From the human T2T-CHM13v2.0 reference genome, Homo sapiens, in the NCBI RefSeq assembly GCF_009914755.1, contig NC_060928.1: 64,000 bases of DNA; one strand, 5' to 3'. The translations under genes were made by a program, and so were the position numbers. Of the stretch, positions 14,593-26,935 are shown piece by piece (positions within the stretch are counted from its first letter, which is position 1; every line of letters starts with the position of its first letter). The notes beneath the pieces were generated by a model, which was not told where the DNA came from, ran no database searches, and saw nothing but the letters and a program-made list of their open reading frames with translations.

Positions 14593-16196
14593 TAACTTGA
14601 ATAAAGGATCTGATAGTGTAGGACATTAAAATTAATACTTTAAGTGGGATTTAAAATTGGTCTGTAGGAGAACAACAATCTTCCTCCTCACAAAATAATG
14701 TAATAATAATTATTTTCAAACACTTGGCCAATATAAGTGATATATGAAAGGGAAATTGTGCTGTCTCTATTTGCATAGGGAGATGCTGTTGCTGATACAT
14801 CAGTGAAAAGAATCCAGACTTTGTACTTGAATAGCCTAAATTCAAATCTTTTCTCCATCATTTATTAGCTTATATGATTGTGAATAAGATATATACAATG
14901 TTTCTCTTTGTTCTCTCTTCTGCAAAGTGAAAATAAGGATAAATTTCTCATAGCTGCTGCAATAAAGACCACATATGGGAAAGGCACATTAATAACCATA
15001 AGGAATATTCTTCTTATTTTATTATTATCATTATTAATATGTTTGGATGAGTTATATTGATTCATTTACACTCTCTTATCTAGTTTTTACGGAAGATAAT
15101 TGAGTAAGTTGATGGTCCTGTCTGCACTCTATAACAATAAAACATTTTAATCTTCTTGACAATCTAGTTGGTTTTAGATGACTTAAAACAATGACCTCAG
15201 CTCCAATTTTCTAGTCAGCAATCCAAATATTGATCAAATCTAACGTTTGATCAACAATGGGATCAGTTATGCCTGGGATCTGAGTTCTTTAACAGTTTTA
15301 ACAGCTTAGATTTGTATCTTGACTGTGTATTCTTTTATCAGTGGGGTAAGAATGTACAATGAGGTAAATGTTCTTCTCTTTAATTTTAAATTATCTGAGA
15401 TGAGATAAAGCAGGCAATGGAGAGAGGGAAAGAATGGAACTGATGCCAAAAAAATCCATTATTTAAAGAGCTTGGGATATGATGAAAATAGGACGAAATG
15501 AGGATTTCCCAGACAGATGATAAGGTTTGGAATATACATGACAATGCAATTAGAAACATGAATTATGAATGTGAAGAACCTATTGGTAACTTGCTTTCTA
15601 TTATCCTGAGTATAAGGGAATAGGAAGCTATTTTAAAAGTCACACATGTAACTTAGGAATACTATATAATGATTCTTGGGAGAAGAATGGTGTTATTTCA
15701 ATGGCAGTATTTAATTTTCTAAAAAACTGAAAAGAAAAGATTCCAAAATGTGAACATGCTTGAAATCTACAAAATGGCATGTGTAGTCAGAGTAAGCCCA
15801 CTTTGTTGCTGCTCAGGTGCAATTAGATTTCTAAATATTTTAAATGTCATTCAGTATTACACTAAGAGTTGAGTCCATAAGTGAACAATTGCATGTCTGG
15901 AGAAATATTTCACTTTATGAGTATGCATGTGTGATATGAATGTTCATGGTGTGTGTGTGTGCGTGCACACACATATGCCTGTACTTATAAGGGAGTAGAG
16001 AAAGGATAGAGAATGTGGTGAGCTAAAATGTGAATGACTGCATATTAAAGGTTGTCTTAGAGAAATTGTGAGTCAGCAAAGCACAAGGAAATTCTAGACT
16101 AGTAAGGGATTTAGAAATGACCACAGCAGGTATAAAGCAGAAAGTTTCTCTGGGAGCTGATTGGAGAAAAATCTGCATATCATGAAAGCGAGAGAT

Positions 16197-16484
16197 TCTT
16201 TTTTTTTTTTTTTTTTTGAGATGGAGTCTCGCTCTGTCACCTAGACTGGAGTGCAGAGGTGCGATCTCTCCGCCTCCCAGGTTCACGCCATTCTGTTGCC
16301 TCAGCCTCCCAAGTAGCTGGGACTACAGGCGCCCGCCACCACGCCCGGCTAATTTTTTGTATTTTTAGTAGACAGGGGGTTTCACCGTGTTTGCCAGGAC
16401 GGTCTCAATCTCCTGACCTCGTGATCCGCCCGTCTCGGCCTCCCAAAGTGCTGGGATTACAGGCATGAGCCACCGCGCCCGGCC
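16197..16484 (-). mobile_element. AluY with a small internal deletion
   Basis: gttcacgccattct and cctgacctcgtgatccgccc are AluY-type. The ggctcactgcaagc segment is missing near 16268. Confidence 0.95.
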
Positions 16485-16557
16485 GAGATTAATTCTTTAA
16501 CAGAATCCAGCAAATTCCTGAAGTTAGGTTTAAACAGCATAAAAAGAAGCATTCTGA

Positions 16558-16839
16558 GACCGGGAGCAGTGACTTATGCCTGTAAGCCCAGCACTTTGGC
16601 AGACCGAGACAGGAGGACGCTTGAGCCCAGAAGTTTGAGACCTGGGTAACTTGTGGAGACTCCATCTCTACAAAATAAATTAAAAATTATGTACGCTTTG
16701 TGGTGCGTGCCTGTGGTCCCACCTACTCAGGAAGCTGAGGTGGGAGGATCCCTTGAGCCTGGGAGGTTGAGGCTGCATTGAATTGAGATGGGGCCATTGC
16801 ACTCCAGCCCGTGGACAGAGTGAGACACTGTCTCAAAAA
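16558..16839 (+). mobile_element. AluJ
   Basis: gcttgagcccagaagtttgagacc...gaggtgggaggatcccttgagcctgggaggttgaggctgc. Confidence 0.92.
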
Positions 16840-16939
16840 GGAACATCTTGATTGGAAACTAAGGTTTGAATTTGGGCCCAGGCCAAAAGGATCTTGCTTT
16901 GGTTAGTAACATGATCCAAATCATTATACAAAATAGGCA

Positions 16940-17110
16940 CATACACAGAGGTAAAAAAAACAATTGGACTTATTCAACATATTCAAAATGTTATTACTTA
17001 TCTCTAAGTGGGGAGATCATGGGCAGTTTTAAATCTCTTCTTTTAAGCTTCTCTGTAGCTTCCAAGTTTCATGAGTTGAACTAATTAATTTTGTAATTAG
17101 ACAAAAACCA
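16940..17110 (+). mobile_element. Old L1 (L1ME-type) 3' end fragment
   Basis: caaaatgttattacttatctctaagtggggagatcatgggcagtttt...ttttgtaattag. Confidence 0.5.
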
Positions 17111-19710
17111 ATAGACAGTACTTAGAAAGTAAATTTAATCATTGATATTTTTGGAACCATCTACTTTGGGGGTCTGGTAGATGAAAGAGTGTGACCCAAA
17201 AATATGTCAATTCAAAGAAAGTGTGGTGACGGTTGATACCACACTCCTCTCAGGATCTGAATGGGCACATAATGTGTTTCATTTATAAAGCTGTTGACTG
17301 TTAGAAGGCATGTGTTGGAATTATAGAGGCCATGGATGACCCATGGCCACAGCTTATTTTTCTATCATGCTCTTTCTCTCCTTTATTATCTTATTTACAG
17401 GTATTTAGCTGGATTGATCCTTCCCCACCATTTTAACAATAATAATACATCTTTCCCTGAATCATGTGATCCAAAGTGTTGGAGAGGGTGGGCACAAAGC
17501 TCCCTTAATCTCTTTCCACCTTACTTAGTAATTCAGACAAAGCTGGACTTTGTAGAAAAGAAACTTCTACCAGGAAATAAAAAGAAAAAACAAGAACAGA
17601 TGTTTAGAAACAGACATGCTTTAAAAGGCATAGCCTTCTATCTGAATCCTGAAATCAGATGTTGGCAAATCCCAGTACCCACACAAATTCTGCATTGTTG
17701 GTGAGAGCTTGTTGAAAATGTTAGGATTTTGGCAATTCTTGACTATTCAGTTTTGTTACTGTGTTTTTTGCCCTCTTAGGAATTTATGTTTTCTTAAAAG
17801 AAAATGTAATTAAAAAGCTTCAGTATCTGATATTAATGGACAATTGGGTAATATGACAATGAATCACTCTATGCTAAGGTTTTCAAAGAATCTGACATGG
17901 AATCTGGTGAAAAACTTTGCAATTTTTAAGTTAGTGAAGTACATTAAAATACATTTTAATCCATACTCATTTAATAGTAACATTTGACCCATATACTTTA
18001 AATATTAGACAAAGTAATTGTAGAAACACTGGCTGAGGTTTCCCTAACTAAATTCCATTGAAAGAATGGCCTGATAGAATCAGTGTCCAGGGGGCTTTGT
18101 CTATGGAGGGGGTTTCTTTCCTTGACTCTGGCAATACCAACACTCAAACAACTTGTCCAGATGTAGTATAGCCATTATCTTCCTTCTCTCCTCCTCTGCT
18201 TTCATTTCTAGATCTCTGGAATCCCCCGGTCCTAAAGTATTATACATCCTTCCTGTAAACACTGAAGTCCTTCAAACTCTGCCTGCCATTATACTGACCT
18301 TTCATAGACTTTTTTCCTGAAGGTGTCTAGGACCTGAAGATCCTGGAAAGTTAGCCCTTATCCTTGAATCATTTCTGGGTTTTGTAGAGTTTGTTTGAAG
18401 CACACCTTTAACTCAGAATTGAGGTTGACTGATAAAACTCAGCTTTAAGTAACCCTCTGGGCAAGTTCTGAGCAGAGATCCAGTGAGCTGAATGTCAGGC
18501 ACCACCTCCCTGGAGTCTGTATCAGTCACATCAGCATTCTCCTCTGATTAGAATCAGGTTTCAAGGGTCTTGTTCAAGAGTTTATTCTCTCCTTTAAAGA
18601 TGCCACAATACGTATAAGGAATGTCTCTTGGTCCCAACTAATCTACAATAAGAGAGGAGCAGTATAGTCAGAGGCCAGAAAACAACGCAGTTTCTAGTTC
18701 AGGTTATATTCTCTTGGAACAGACTCCTTGCTGAGGGGCTTCTAGAAAAGGAATGCAATGGTCCACCTCTTTCTAAGTAGGAGGGGAAGAAGGGGCTTGT
18801 ATTGGTGGATATAACTCCTTTCCTATCCTCTCAACTGTCTAATCCCCAAGTGACAACCATCCTCTCCTTCTGTTGTACTTTCTAGCTTAAGATAATCACA
18901 TATATCACACACACCAATGAAGTGCTATCAGTTGGAAAGGGTGGAGACAGAACCAGAAGATGGGAAGGAAAAGGCCTTGAACACAGCCTGTGTGTGTATT
19001 AGAGGTGTGTCTTAATCTTTTGGACTAGGGACTACCCAGTAACCACCCTGAGTTCAGTTTTGTATCACTTTGAGACTAAACTGCTGTGGTAATATTTGTT
19101 AGACCCTGAAATAAATTACTGACATGACAGTTTCCTTGTTTTTTTAAATGTCCCCATCTTGAATCATAATTATTGGTACTTGTCTTCCTGAGGCTTTTGA
19201 GTCCATCAAATGTGTGCAAATTTCATTTGGGTTAATGTTATTTTCCAGCTTTCATCTGAAACTGCCCATCAGCATTCACCTGCTAGGGTGTTGCTAGAAC
19301 ATGTAAGGCCATGTGGGTTGATGAAGGTAATTTATTCCCACCAATTGGAAAATAAGCTACATTACTTCTAGCTTAGGAATTCCATACATATTTTTAAAAT
19401 GAAATATGAAACGCAATTTTTTCCCCACACAAATTAATTTGATTCATTAAAGGGCTGAGAATTCTCCCACCAGAAAATCAAGTTTATAGTAGGACCTCAG
19501 CATGGGATGGGGTAGATTCGTTTCTCCAAGAACTTGGAGAAAGAGGACAAAAAGGAAAAACATATCAGTGTCCACTCAGCCTTTTATTTTTGGTGTTTCT
19601 AAAACTAAACATTTGCTCTTCTTCCATATCCCTCTCTCACTGGAGATCCCTAGTGAGGACACCCCCATTCTGTGTCTTAAGGATATCTGGTGATGATTTC
19701 TAAAAGAGAG

Positions 19711-20032
19711 TTTCTTTTATTAGTAGTAGCAGTAGTAATTGTTCGAGACGGGGGTGTCACTCCGTCACCTAGGCTGGAGTGCGCTGGCACAATTATAGCT
19801 CACTGCAGCCTTGACCTCCTGGGCTCAAGGGATTTTCCCGCTTCAGCCTCCTGAGTAGCTGGGACTACAGACATACGCCGCCACGCCCAACTTTTTTTTT
19901 ATTTTTTTAATTTTTTTTTTATAGAGACAGGAGTCTCATTATGTTGCCAATTTTGGTCTGAAACCCCTGGGCTCAAGCGATCCTCCTGCCTCAGCCTTCC
20001 AAAGTGCTAGGATTGCATGACTGATCCACTGT
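19711..20032 (-). mobile_element. AluJ with decayed tail
   Basis: atagctcactgcagccttgacctcctgggctcaag. TSD-like tttctaaaagagag / tttctaaaacagag. Confidence 0.92.
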
Positions 20033-20774
20033 AAATGGGTTTCTAAAACAGAGATCTTTACAAAGCTTTTTGAAATAATTTGACTCAGCATGCCAGGTAA
20101 CCAGAACTGTAAGATCACAATTTGAAACAGACATTGTGGTGATGGTGGGAAGAGACGGCCTGCATCAAAACAATGTTTACTAGTTTGTCCTTTTGTCCCA
20201 TATTGTGTAACTCCGAGAGTTCTTACACCACCGTAAGAAAGTAATTATACTTTGAATTTCTCTAAGGCTCTAGTTAGAGAGCATCCATCTAAATGTGCAT
20301 TTCCAGGAATATTGCTTTAATGGCCCAGGTAATTCTAATTGGAGAAATAAAATGTTAGCGAGACAGAGTTGGTAGAAGCAAGTAAAACCGGTGTATGGGG
20401 TTTGGCCAATGAAATGCAGAGCTCCTTGAGGGCAGGAGACATGTATTCACCAACCTTCTCGCGCCCACAGCCCCAGATCTGTGGCCAACAAGTATCTATG
20501 ATGCACTTGAAAGGAACGAGCGATGCCAGATGCGGAGGAACCAGGCAGGGCGCATTCTGTCAGTGGCGCCAGGCGGTGTAGCTCCAGCTCTCAGATAACC
20601 CAGGCTTTGGGAGGGCGGGGCTCCTGCCGGCCTCCCCTGTAGTGCGGCTCGAGTCCTGTGAAGCTACCAGTTGCCAAATGAAATCTGAAACCTCGAGCTG
20701 TGTCTGAGGGTTGGCCCCACTCAGTTGTTCCAGCCTCTTGTACTGTATATTTACACATTCACACACAATCACCC

Positions 20775-21183
20775 TTTCTAACTTCTGGGACTCTTTGCGC
20801 AACTGCTAGGATTTCTCAAGTGCATGTGGCAACACAGCCCAGCTCCGGGTGGAAACCAGCAGGGCTCTGGAGGGGCTCGGAGACCAGGGGAGCTGTCAAG
20901 GCTGCGGCGGGGACCAGAGAGGAGCCTGGCGGGGGTGGCTGGGTGGCTGGGGGAATCCCCCCAACTTCCCATCGCAGGCGCAGCTCTCTCGGCCGCCTAT
21001 TTCCTCCGAAACCCGCGCTGCGGAGCAGCCCAGTGCATAGAGTTCAACACTTCCCCTTGTTGTGGAAAGTAAAGGAGCCTCACTACCACCTTTTTTTCTT
21101 TGCGTTTTCTTACTGCTGGTCCTGGGAGCCTTTTCCTTCGGAGCAGCAGCCCTGTCCGGCATCTGTCTTGAGCTCCCAGCAAG
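20775..21183 (+). other. ARHGAP24: Non-coding first exon (5'UTR); start approximate
   Basis: Lies in the CpG island and ends at the donor CAGCAAG|GTAGGT (GT at 21184). The sequence ...gagcagcagccctgtccggcatctgtcttgagctcccagcaag matches my recollection of the ARHGAP24 mRNA 5'UTR; the start is placed ~28 bp after the TATA-like element. Confidence 0.78.
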
Positions 21184-21252
21184 GTAGGTGATGCGGTCGC
21201 GAGGAAGTGCGCGGAGCTACCGCGGGAAGGACGGACGCGGCTGCCTGCGCCA

Positions 21253-21344
21253 GGGGAGGGGGCTGCGGGGGGCGGGGAGGGGGCTGCGGGGGGCGGGGAG
21301 GGGGCTGCGGGGGGCGGGGAGGGGGCTGCGGGGGGCGGGGAGGG
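21253..21344 (+). repeat. G-rich minisatellite, 21-bp unit, ~4.4 copies
   Basis: Four perfect copies of ggggagggggctgcggggggc (21253-21336) plus ggggaggg. Confidence 0.97.
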
Positions 21345-21382
21345 ATCGCAGGAATCCCGTGCTGATGTAGCCTGTCTGTGTT

Positions 21383-21410
21383 TGTGTGTGTGTGTGCGCG
21401 CGCGCGCATG
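21383..21410. repeat. (TG)7(CG)5 alternating purine-pyrimidine tract
   Basis: tgtgtgtgtgtgtgcgcgcgcgcgcatg. Confidence 0.95.
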
Positions 21411-24339
21411 TTTGTGCCGGGAGACAGCAAGCTGGTAGTATGTCTTTCTGGCTTTAAAAATAGATGGAATTAATAAAAACCCTTTGTACAATTCAATTTC
21501 CTCTCTTGGTATCCATCCTCCCCTTCCCCTTGTTTGTTTCCTCTAGTATCTTATAGGAGTTCCCTATGTAACAGGCGCACAAAGATAGGTTTTAATAATA
21601 AGCATATATATTTGCAAAAATATATATTTTATATGTATAAAATATGTTTTAAAATATTTATAAATATATTACATATTAGAAATATATATTATAAAATATA
21701 TACATATATTTGTAAACACAAAACGTTAGGGAATCTTTGGTGAATTTGAAGCCACTCAAAAGATTTTGTCCAAATGTTTTTAAAAATAACATTTAATGAT
21801 AAACATGTAATATGGTCTCGTTTTTAGAAAATACTTAAGACTACATTTATTTTATACGTACCCAAATAGAAGGGAGACAATGTTACTCTGAATTCCTTAG
21901 ATAGATTTTCAGCATCAACCAGTAATAGGGAGCCCAGACTTCTTTGTAGACTATATCTCGTTTAATTCATTTGAATTAAACAAGTAATTTCTCCAAGTAA
22001 TTTCTGTTTCCAGCACATTTTATGTTACTCTTTTTTTAACCTTCCACGGCATCATTGTTTCATCTCTTTCTAAAAAGGAAATAAATAAATCGTGCTGAGT
22101 ATTTGGAATATAAAAGTTGTTAAGGCTTTGCTTATACATAAATACATAAATAAAACAATATGTGTTGCTATGTCTACTAAGTAAGACAAATTCATTGGAA
22201 TCCAGGGATATTTGCAGTAGAGTTTAAGAGCTTTACTCAGTTACTGAGTAGAAGATGTACAGACGGATTAAATACAAACAATCTGTCCCCAGTTCCAATT
22301 AGAACTCAAAACCAATCCTTCAGGGCAAAAATGGATGACGCTATTGAACTGGGCATTGTAAAATAAAACACACAGAATGTATGTATTAGAAAAAGCCAGA
22401 AAACAGCCATAAAGTCACATCAGACTTGTGAAGATCTCACTCCCCCTTTTAAATTTCTTAATTCTTCCTCTTTTCTGGGCATATTTCAACTTGTAAGAGA
22501 GCTCAGTAATAAAAGTTACCATTTTATCTTCCCTGACTGCCTGGCCTTCAGGTAGCAAGTCCAGAAATCTGTTCTCTCTAGAGCCATTACTTAGTGGTCA
22601 GAGACTTCACCTTTGACATCTTGGAGGACGGAAATATTGACAAAACTCTGAAATAAATAACATCCTACCATTCACAGGCAGTATATTCTTGGTGGAAGAC
22701 CTTTAAGTGGGGATAAGAGATAAACTGAGTTTTTCAGATCTGGAATTTAGTTTGAGGTATTTGGAAGGAATATAAAAGAGGTATGGTACTAGGAAAAATA
22801 ATCGGTAATTCTTTCTGCATGTGGAGGGGCTGTTGAAACTCAGACTGTCCTTGGCTTTCAACTATATTACTTGGTTTTATTACTTCATCTCAGGGGTTTG
22901 GATTTGAGATGAGGTGGTTTCTCTGTAATATTCTTCTGTGCCTTACATACCCTGAATCTGAACTATTTTGAAAATATAAGCCTGATAAGAAGTGGGAAAG
23001 AATTAAGTTATCTAGAAAAAAATCCACTGCAGAACAAATGGCAATGCATTCTTCCAGACTAGAACATAGATTTAAGTGTAAAAGTGTTTTTGGGTGAAAT
23101 CCCCAGGGAAATCCTTTCAGCTTTTGCTGGGGATAGTAATGGCCAAAGCTCTGAGAGCTTTCATGGATCATGGTTTTATTTACTGTGTGATCTTGGACTC
23201 TGCAGGGTGAAGGGTAAGGAGTGGGCAGGAAGGGTGAGGAATGTGCAACAGGTGGTGATGAGTAGTCCGAGTATGATTACTTTGCTGTCTTAGCCAAAGC
23301 CCTGTTGGTGTTTACCAACAGTTCCCTTAATATTTTCACTGTGACCTACTGGCCCATTGACGAGTGTTTTCTTTCCGGCTCGATTAAAGTCTGGGTTGGT
23401 TTCTCAGGGCTGAAAGCAAGCGGTGCTACTGTACAGTTCAGGCCGTGCGTTTGTTTCCTGTTCTTAGTGTGTGTGGTGCTGTAGCACCGTCTTAGTCGCT
23501 TGTAGTTATTTTCCTGTGAATTTTCTGACCAGCAGTGAAGGGTTCTTTTCTCATGAATTGAGCTATGTCATGCTGATTCCTTCTTTCTGCCATGTTTCAG
23601 TTTCTGGTACAAGTGGGTGCTTTGGAAAAACAAGATGGGGAAGGTAGGTAGAGTCTCAGTCTGGAGCCCAGTAACAAGGGACAGCCACCCAATTGGTTAC
23701 ATGTGGGTGTGGAGGAGGTTGGTGATAACAAGAGCCTGAGACATCCATTCTTCACTGATCACATTTTATAGAGGAAAAAGCAGAAGATATTTAAAATGGA
23801 ACGATGCCTGTTTGCTCTTAAAGCCATGGCTAAAGGACTAAGATCTCTCCCAGATACAGAAAGATATTTAAAAATACAGTTGTTAAATGGTCAGCTTAGC
23901 CATGAAGTTAATGTTCTTCATGTGAAGAGTGGAAGCCTCACATCGAGTCTCGCAATGGTAACCCATCTGTCTTTGCTATACAAACTCAAACTTTACAAGG
24001 TTCTGATGGCTTCAGCAGCTAAGTACAAGCACATTTGGAAGTGGAGGGATTATTGTGATGAAGAATCAAAGAATATTCAGTTTTCAGTGGTTATTGTGTA
24101 CATTTGTGCAAAAAAGCAGCATCTACACTCCACTGTGGCATTGCTACAGTTAATCTTTACAAAGTCAGATCTAACTGTGTAAGTCTCTTTATCTAAAACC
24201 TTTGTTGGATTCCAATGACTTACAATATTTAAACTCTTTAGTATAGTTTCTAAAAGCTCTTCCAAGCCCTTTCTTTTTAGCTCCCCCTTTGTGTACAAGG
24301 TCTCCTCACTGTTCAGGCTTCTGATCTCTGGTTCATGGA

Positions 24340-24665
24340 TTCATTCTCCTGGAATGCCTTCTGTCTGAAAGTCCCTCTTGATTCTTGGTGGCTCACTTCC
24401 AGTGGAACTTCCTTCGGGAAAACTTACCCAATTCCGTGAAGAATTAATCATTTCATCTTGTCTGCTTCTATAGCATTTTGAACATACTTTGAATAATTGT
24501 TGCAATAATTTTTATGTATTTCCCCTGTCCTCTCTCACAACTACTGTGAGTTCCTCACTGGGTAGATTGGTGGTGGGGGAGCCACCTGAATTCAAGCCCC
24601 CAGCCCAGTGTTGGAAACATAGTACACATCTGTTAATGTTTCCCCAATAAGTGGGCAAGTGAAGT
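24340..24665 (+). mobile_element. L2 3' fragment
   Basis: ctcctggaatgccttc...ctgtgagttcctc...cccagcccagtgttggaaacatagta. Confidence 0.6.
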
Positions 24666-26689
24666 CGTCAATAAATGAAATACTGGTGCACTCCAACTTA
24701 TGAAGATAGTTATATCTCAGAAGTCCATTTAAAAAATGTCTATTTGGTCTTAGAGTTCATTTTCCAAATATAACAATGCTACAAAACATAATCCACTTTC
24801 CATACCACCCCACACATGCCTATTTAATCTCTATAATAGATGAAATATTGTGCTTTTGCATATCTAAAGCAAAAGCAAAACAAACAAAAACTACTGTGAA
24901 ATCATCTTTTTCTTTTGGACATCACAAAATACACTTGAGTTTAAAGAAAATAGAAACAATTATAATAGATATACATTTTCCACAACTGTGTTTTATATTG
25001 TACTATAAAATCTGTAATCTGTGAAATCCAAGTGGGAGGTCCTGGATTTGGCTGTGAAGACTAATAATGAAGTTAAATTTGGAGATCCTGCTTATTGAAT
25101 GGGCAATAGTCTTAATTAATCAAATAAAATAGAAACACTAATTTTGGCTATTTAATAATTATCTGGAGTGCTGGTGCTTGAGGGAAATTAATTAAAGGAG
25201 AATGTGGAGCTGGATGGAGAAGAGGAAATTTAGAGGGGCAGCTTCTTTCATGTTATAGTTTCTTTATTGTATTGATTTTCCTTTCATCTCATTTGAGCAC
25301 TGAGGCAAATCCAAAGTTTCTTCCTGAAAAAAATTCTTTGTCTGCAGTTATTTTTGCTAATATGTAGAAAGGGGCTTACACACTGTTTAGACTAAAATAC
25401 ATATGGGCTTATTTTATTTTCAGAGCAATGTTACCTTTGTCATGTGCATACTGCCAGTTAGCACGTGGATAATACGTATTTTGATCAAGAATTCATACGT
25501 GTGGTTCAGGGTATAGCCAGGGATTGAAAGCTCAAGTTCCTCCTTATTCAGCATCTCTGAAAAGCCTGGAACTACTATCACTGATATTTAAGAATAATAG
25601 TCCAATCGCTAATTGCTCTAAGTTTTCTAAACTCTCTATCTATATCAAATTACATAACTGGAAATGTACTTACTATAATCACATTACAATACTTTTTTGT
25701 TAAAATGTCAAAATGTCTTTATTACACTATGCTTTAATATGATACCCCCCCTTTTTAACTACTGAGAGTCAATATAAAAGAGATGAGCTGAAAAGGAAAG
25801 AAATATCTTGGCACCTTATGTTATGCGTTTCAAATTCTTTATATAAGGATTTCCATGATAAATTCCTTTTTGCCTAGACTGCTAGGAATTTTTTAAAGTA
25901 TATCTCTTCTGATTAACTAGTGGGTTTTTTTGGTTAGAAAAAAGACAGGCTAAAAATTCACCATGCTTCTCAGTTTGACTTGTCACCCAAAAAACTCTGA
26001 ACTAAATTTGATGCTCAATTGTACGCCAGTCAAGCTTTTTGTATGACATGGTTCACATCATCTTATTGTCACTTTTAATACCCTTATGATACCCACAAGT
26101 GTACTAAGCTAATTAAGCTAAGTTAAATCCATGATGAAAACAGATTGAATAGTTACATCACGTTTTTTTCTTGATACAATTAGTTAAATATTTATAAATT
26201 TGCATGGTATGGCTTTAGTTTTTTGGAACCAATAATTGTTTTCTAGGTCATTTTTTGTAGTTCCTTGAAACATTCTCTGTAGTGCTTTTATAATCCCTGA
26301 TAGATAAAATGACCTTTCTTCCAAATGCTACATTTTTTAAAAAATGTAGGAAAAAAATCACATTTTAGTAACTTTGAAAGTAGATACTAAGGCCAAACAT
26401 GAGTTCTTTTCAATATGTGTATCACAGATGTATAGAAGAATTCCCTTAGGGATGTCGCTGAGAAGGGTAAGAGAAAACCTTTTGTTTTTTCTTACAAATT
26501 GAATCTATCAAAAAATTGAGGCTGATGGAGCTGTAATTAGGGCTGTTTTCAAACCATCAAATTGAGCCTTCAGAAAATAAAGTAATTTTTCAAATTCTCC
26601 AAAAAGGGAGAATATAACTTTCATTTTGTCTTGAGTTTTTTTCCCTCTCCTTGAATCTAAGACTCTCATAATAATAATCATCCTAAAGA

Positions 26690-26935
26690 ATTAAGTACTT
26701 CTTCTACGTACCAAGTACTCCATGAGATATTTTTACATACATTACTTCTGATTTTAGTAGTAATTAGAATTAGTAATTCTAGATGTAATCTATGTTATAT
26801 TTAATCCAGATATTTTTATGACTATTGTATGGGGATGTTTAGGCTCAGAGAGGTAAATAAAGTTACCCAAGGTAATGTAGACTTGAACATCAAAACCACA
26901 TCTGCATAAGTCCAAATACCCTGACATATTTACTA
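26690..26935 (-). mobile_element. MIR
   Basis: aggctcagagaggtaaataaagttacccaaggt core in antisense. Confidence 0.65.

Larger units (their letters stand above)
20380..21420 (+). promoter_or_regulatory. ARHGAP24: CpG-island promoter
   Basis: Sharp rise in GC and CpG content. CCAAT 20406-20410, GC box 20611-20620, TATA-like tatattta ~20746, C/EBP palindrome TTGCGCAA 20795-20802, kB palindrome GGGGAATCCCC 20950-20960, ETS GAGGAAGTG 21201-21209. Confidence 0.88.

Noticed and set aside
21253-21344. Regular repeat that might suggest a CRISPR array
   Set aside because: Head-to-tail units with no spacers, in a eukaryotic context
20997-21491. Minus-strand 164-aa Pro-rich ORF with PPPAAPS repeats
   Set aside because: Arises from the 21-bp GC minisatellite and the CpG island; no independent coding evidence
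21960-21981. 10-bp-arm hairpin gtttaattca-tt-tgaattaaac (similar short inverted repeats at ~15230, ~17326 and ~32045)
   Set aside because: Short, mostly AT-rich inverted repeats are expected by chance in 64 kb
23796-24182. 128-aa ATG-initiated ORF in unique intronic DNA
   Set aside because: No recognisable domain or exon structure, and the length is within chance expectation
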